A DNA stretch of 38,151 nucleotides from Flavobacteriales bacterium (GTDB lineage: Bacteria > Bacteroidota > Bacteroidia > NORP154), in NCBI GenBank assembly GCA_012966015.1, contig DTRI01000094.1:1-38151 (forward strand), read 5' to 3'. Both the position numbers and the translations under genes were made by a program. The notes under the pieces were generated by a model, which saw only the letters and a list, made by a program, of their open reading frames with translations, did no database searches and was not told where the DNA came from. Each line of letters begins with the position of its first letter. Position 1 is the first letter of the stretch. Positions 35,919 through 38,151 of the stretch are shown piece by piece.

Positions 35919-38150
35919 CTACATATTTCGGCGGTACTGACCCCCTACCCCAAACAAGGTTTCGGTTATCTGCCCAAGAGAGCAGTATTTACAGGTTTCC
36001 AGGAGCGCCTCGAAAAGATTTCCGTTTTGCACGGCGACCTTTTGAAGATTAGATAAGTGCTCATGCGCCTCAGCATTATTTCGCTTATTCAGCTCACCTA
36101 CCATTTTTATCTGGTACTTCTTCTCACTTTCGGTAGCCCTAATCACCTCCTTAGGTAGTATGGTAGGCGAACCTTCTGAAGACAGAAATGTATTAACCCC
36201 GATCAAAGGAAGTTCTCCCGAGTGCTTTAGGGTCTCGTAGTAAAGGCTCTCCTCCTGTATCTTGCCCCGTTGATACATGGTTTCCATGGCTCCCAACACA
36301 CCGCCTCTTTCGGTAATGCTGTCGAATTCCATCATCACGGCCTCTTCAACCAAATCTGTCAGCTCCTCTATGATGAAGCTGCCCTGAATGGGATTTTCAT
36401 TCTTCGAAAGCCCTAATTCCTTATTAATGATCAATTGAATGGCCATGGCTCTCCTTACACTTTCCTCTGTGGGCGTAGTAATTGCTTCGTCATAAGCATT
36501 GGTGTGCAGCGAGTTGCAATTGTCATATATGGCATAGAGTGCCTGCAATGTTGTTCTTATGTCATTAAACGCTATTTCCTGGGCGTGTAATGAGCGACCG
36601 CTGGTTTGGATGTGGTATTTCAGCTTCTGACTACGCTCACCCACCTGGTACTTCTCTTTCATTGCCTTGGACCAAATCCTTCTGGCTACCCTGCCAATTA
36701 CCGCATATTCTGGATCTATACCGTTGCTGAAGAAGAAGCTGAGGTTGGGGGCAAATTTGTCTATGTCCATACCCCGGCTTGCATAGTACTCCACATAGGT
36801 AAAACCATTGGCCAGCGTAAAAGCAAGCTGCGTAATTGGGTTGGCACCCGCTTCTGCAATGTGGTAACCGCTGATGCTCACGGAATAGAAATTCCGAACG
36901 TTATGATCTATGAAATAGGACTGAACATCACCCATCAATCGCAAGGCAAACTCCGTGCTGAAGATGCAGGTATTCTGCGCCTGGTCCTCTTTTAAAATAT
37001 CCGCCTGAACAGTACCCCTTGTTGACGACAGTGCCTTCTCTTTCAGTTTATTATACACATTTGCCGGAAGTACTTGATCACCCGTAATACCGAGCAGCAT
37101 TAGGCCCAACCCGTCATTTCCTTTGGGTAGCTTTCCGTTGTATGAAGGCCGCTTGGCATTTTTCTTTTTGTAAAAAGCATCGATTTTTTTATTCACCTGC
37201 TTTTCAAGGCCTTTTTCTTTGATATACAGCTCGCATTGCTGATCGATTGCTGTGTTCATGTAATATGCCAATAGCATGGGTGCCGGACCGTTGATGGTCA
37301 TTGATACTGAAGTCCTTGGGTCACAGAGATTGAAGCCACTGTAGAGCTTCTTGGCATCATCGAGGCAGCAAATGCTAACCCCAGAGTTTCCAATCTTTCC
37401 ATAGATATCCGGCCTCGTTTCAGGATCCCTGCCATATAGCGTCACACTGTCGAAAGCCGTTGAAAGTCGTTTTGCAGGCATATCCAGGGAAACATAATGG
37501 AATCTTTTATTCGTCCTCTCCGGGCCGCCTTCCCCGGCGAACATGCGCGTTGGATCTTCTTCTTCTCTTTTGAAAGGGAAAACGCCAGCTGTGAAGGGAA
37601 ACTCCCCTGGGACATTCTCCTGTAAATTCCATTTGAGCACATCGCCCCATGCCTCATAGGTGGGCAACGATATTTTTGGGATCCTGGTGTGTGACAGGGA
37701 CTCTGTGTGCGTTCGAATTTTAAGCTCTTTGTCTCTTACTTTGAAAGTATAAATCTCACCCTTGTAGTTCGCTACCTTCTTAGGCCATCCCTGAATGATC
37801 TCATAGTTTTTAGCGTCGAGTGCCTTAAGCATCTTTTTGTAGCTGGCCTGAAGCTCTTTAACAACTTTGTCTTTCCCCTCCTTCTTCAGAGCATCAATGG
37901 AAAGATTCAATGCATACAGGTCCTGGGCAATCTTCTTTTGTTCATCCGCCCATTCGTTATAGCTTCTAACGGTATCTGAAATCTCACTCAGGTACCTTAC
38001 CCTCTTGGGCGGAATTATGTAGATCTTCTCACTCATTTCCTCAGTACACTCGATACTGCTCCTAAAATTAGCTTCTGTTTTATCCGAAATAGTTTCTATC
38101 AGCTTATTGTACAGCGTATTGGTACCTGGATCATTGAATTGGCTGGCTAT
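35919..38150 (-). CDS. icmF: Fused isobutyryl-CoA mutase / MeaB-like GTPase (IcmF), C-terminal mutase domain, 5'-truncated by window edge
   Basis: Frame open to the window end (IASQFNDPG...). [25 protein letters not shown] (Phe at the MCM Tyr89 position), [35 protein letters not shown]. Ends GGQYRRNM with no C-terminal B12 domain, as in IcmF. Confidence 0.9.
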   Translation of the reverse strand: MASQFNDPGTNTLYNKLIETISDKTEANFRSSIECTEEMSEKIYIIPPKRVRYLSEISDTVRSYNEWADEQKKIAQDLYALNLSIDALKKEGKDKVVKELQASYKKMLKALDAKNYEIIQGWPKKVANYKGEIYTFKVRDKELKIRTHTESLSHTRIPKISLPTYEAWGDVLKWNLQENVPGEFPFTAGVFPFKREEEDPTRMFAGEGGPERTNKRFHYVSLDMPAKRLSTAFDSVTLYGRDPETRPDIYGKIGNSGVSICCLDDAKKLYSGFNLCDPRTSVSMTINGPAPMLLAYYMNTAIDQQCELYIKEKGLEKQVNKKIDAFYKKKNAKRPSYNGKLPKGNDGLGLMLLGITGDQVLPANVYNKLKEKALSSTRGTVQADILKEDQAQNTCIFSTEFALRLMGDVQSYFIDHNVRNFYSVSISGYHIAEAGANPITQLAFTLANGFTYVEYYASRGMDIDKFAPNLSFFFSNGIDPEYAVIGRVARRIWSKAMKEKYQVGERSQKLKYHIQTSGRSLHAQEIAFNDIRTTLQALYAIYDNCNSLHTNAYDEAITTPTEESVRRAMAIQLIINKELGLSKNENPIQGSFIIEELTDLVEEAVMMEFDSITERGGVLGAMETMYQRGKIQEESLYYETLKHSGELPLIGVNTFLSSEGSPTILPKEVIRATESEKKYQIKMVGELNKRNNAEAHEHLSNLQKVAVQNGNLFEALLETCKYCSLGQITETLFGVGGQYRRNM

Positions 38151-38151
38151 A

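Noticed and set aside
1-38151. The many 60-135 aa ORFs antisense to or nested in long genes (e.g. 59-316, 4844-5185, 5160-5534, 14659-15063, 23864-24250, 36606-36995)
   Set aside because: Shadow frames of well-supported genes, with no recognisable motifs.
1-38151. CRISPR arrays, tRNA (including tRNA-Sec), rRNA, prophage, intact IS
   Set aside because: No regularly spaced repeats, cloverleaf motifs, phage structural genes or full-length transposase were seen. This was an eye scan only and should be confirmed computationally.

Overview
A 38 kb chromosomal window, almost certainly from a Bacteroidota (Flavobacteriales-like) genome. The basis is six proteins with type IX secretion (T9SS) C-terminal sorting domains and repeated TAnnTTTG -7 promoter motifs. 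In order it carries: a four-gene gamma-glutamylation amine-catabolism operon (GS-like ligase, Fe-ADH, C26 hydrolase, ALDH) facing a lysophospholipase + glycerophosphodiesterase pair; a T9SS-exported protein with an iodothyronine-deiodinase-like fold (Cys in place of Sec); an internally deleted RAYT-like transposase remnant with a REP-like hairpin abutting lysA; an mnmH(selU)-selD operon with an uncalled 47-aa ORF; housekeeping genes (rlmL-like, rlmN, slyD, cold-shock protein, thioesterase, osmC, the 3' part of icmF); several secreted enzymes (VPS10/BNR propeller, aryl-sulfate sulfotransferase, CotH kinase, CxxC redoxin, CDCC-containing BNR propeller, SprB/PKD adhesin-like protein); a membrane-anchored muramidase; several decayed genes; and an uncalled 48-aa zinc-ribbon protein followed by a long strand-specific hairpin. 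I saw no rRNA, tRNA, CRISPR array, prophage or intact mobile element. All family calls come from recognising motifs by eye, not from database searches.
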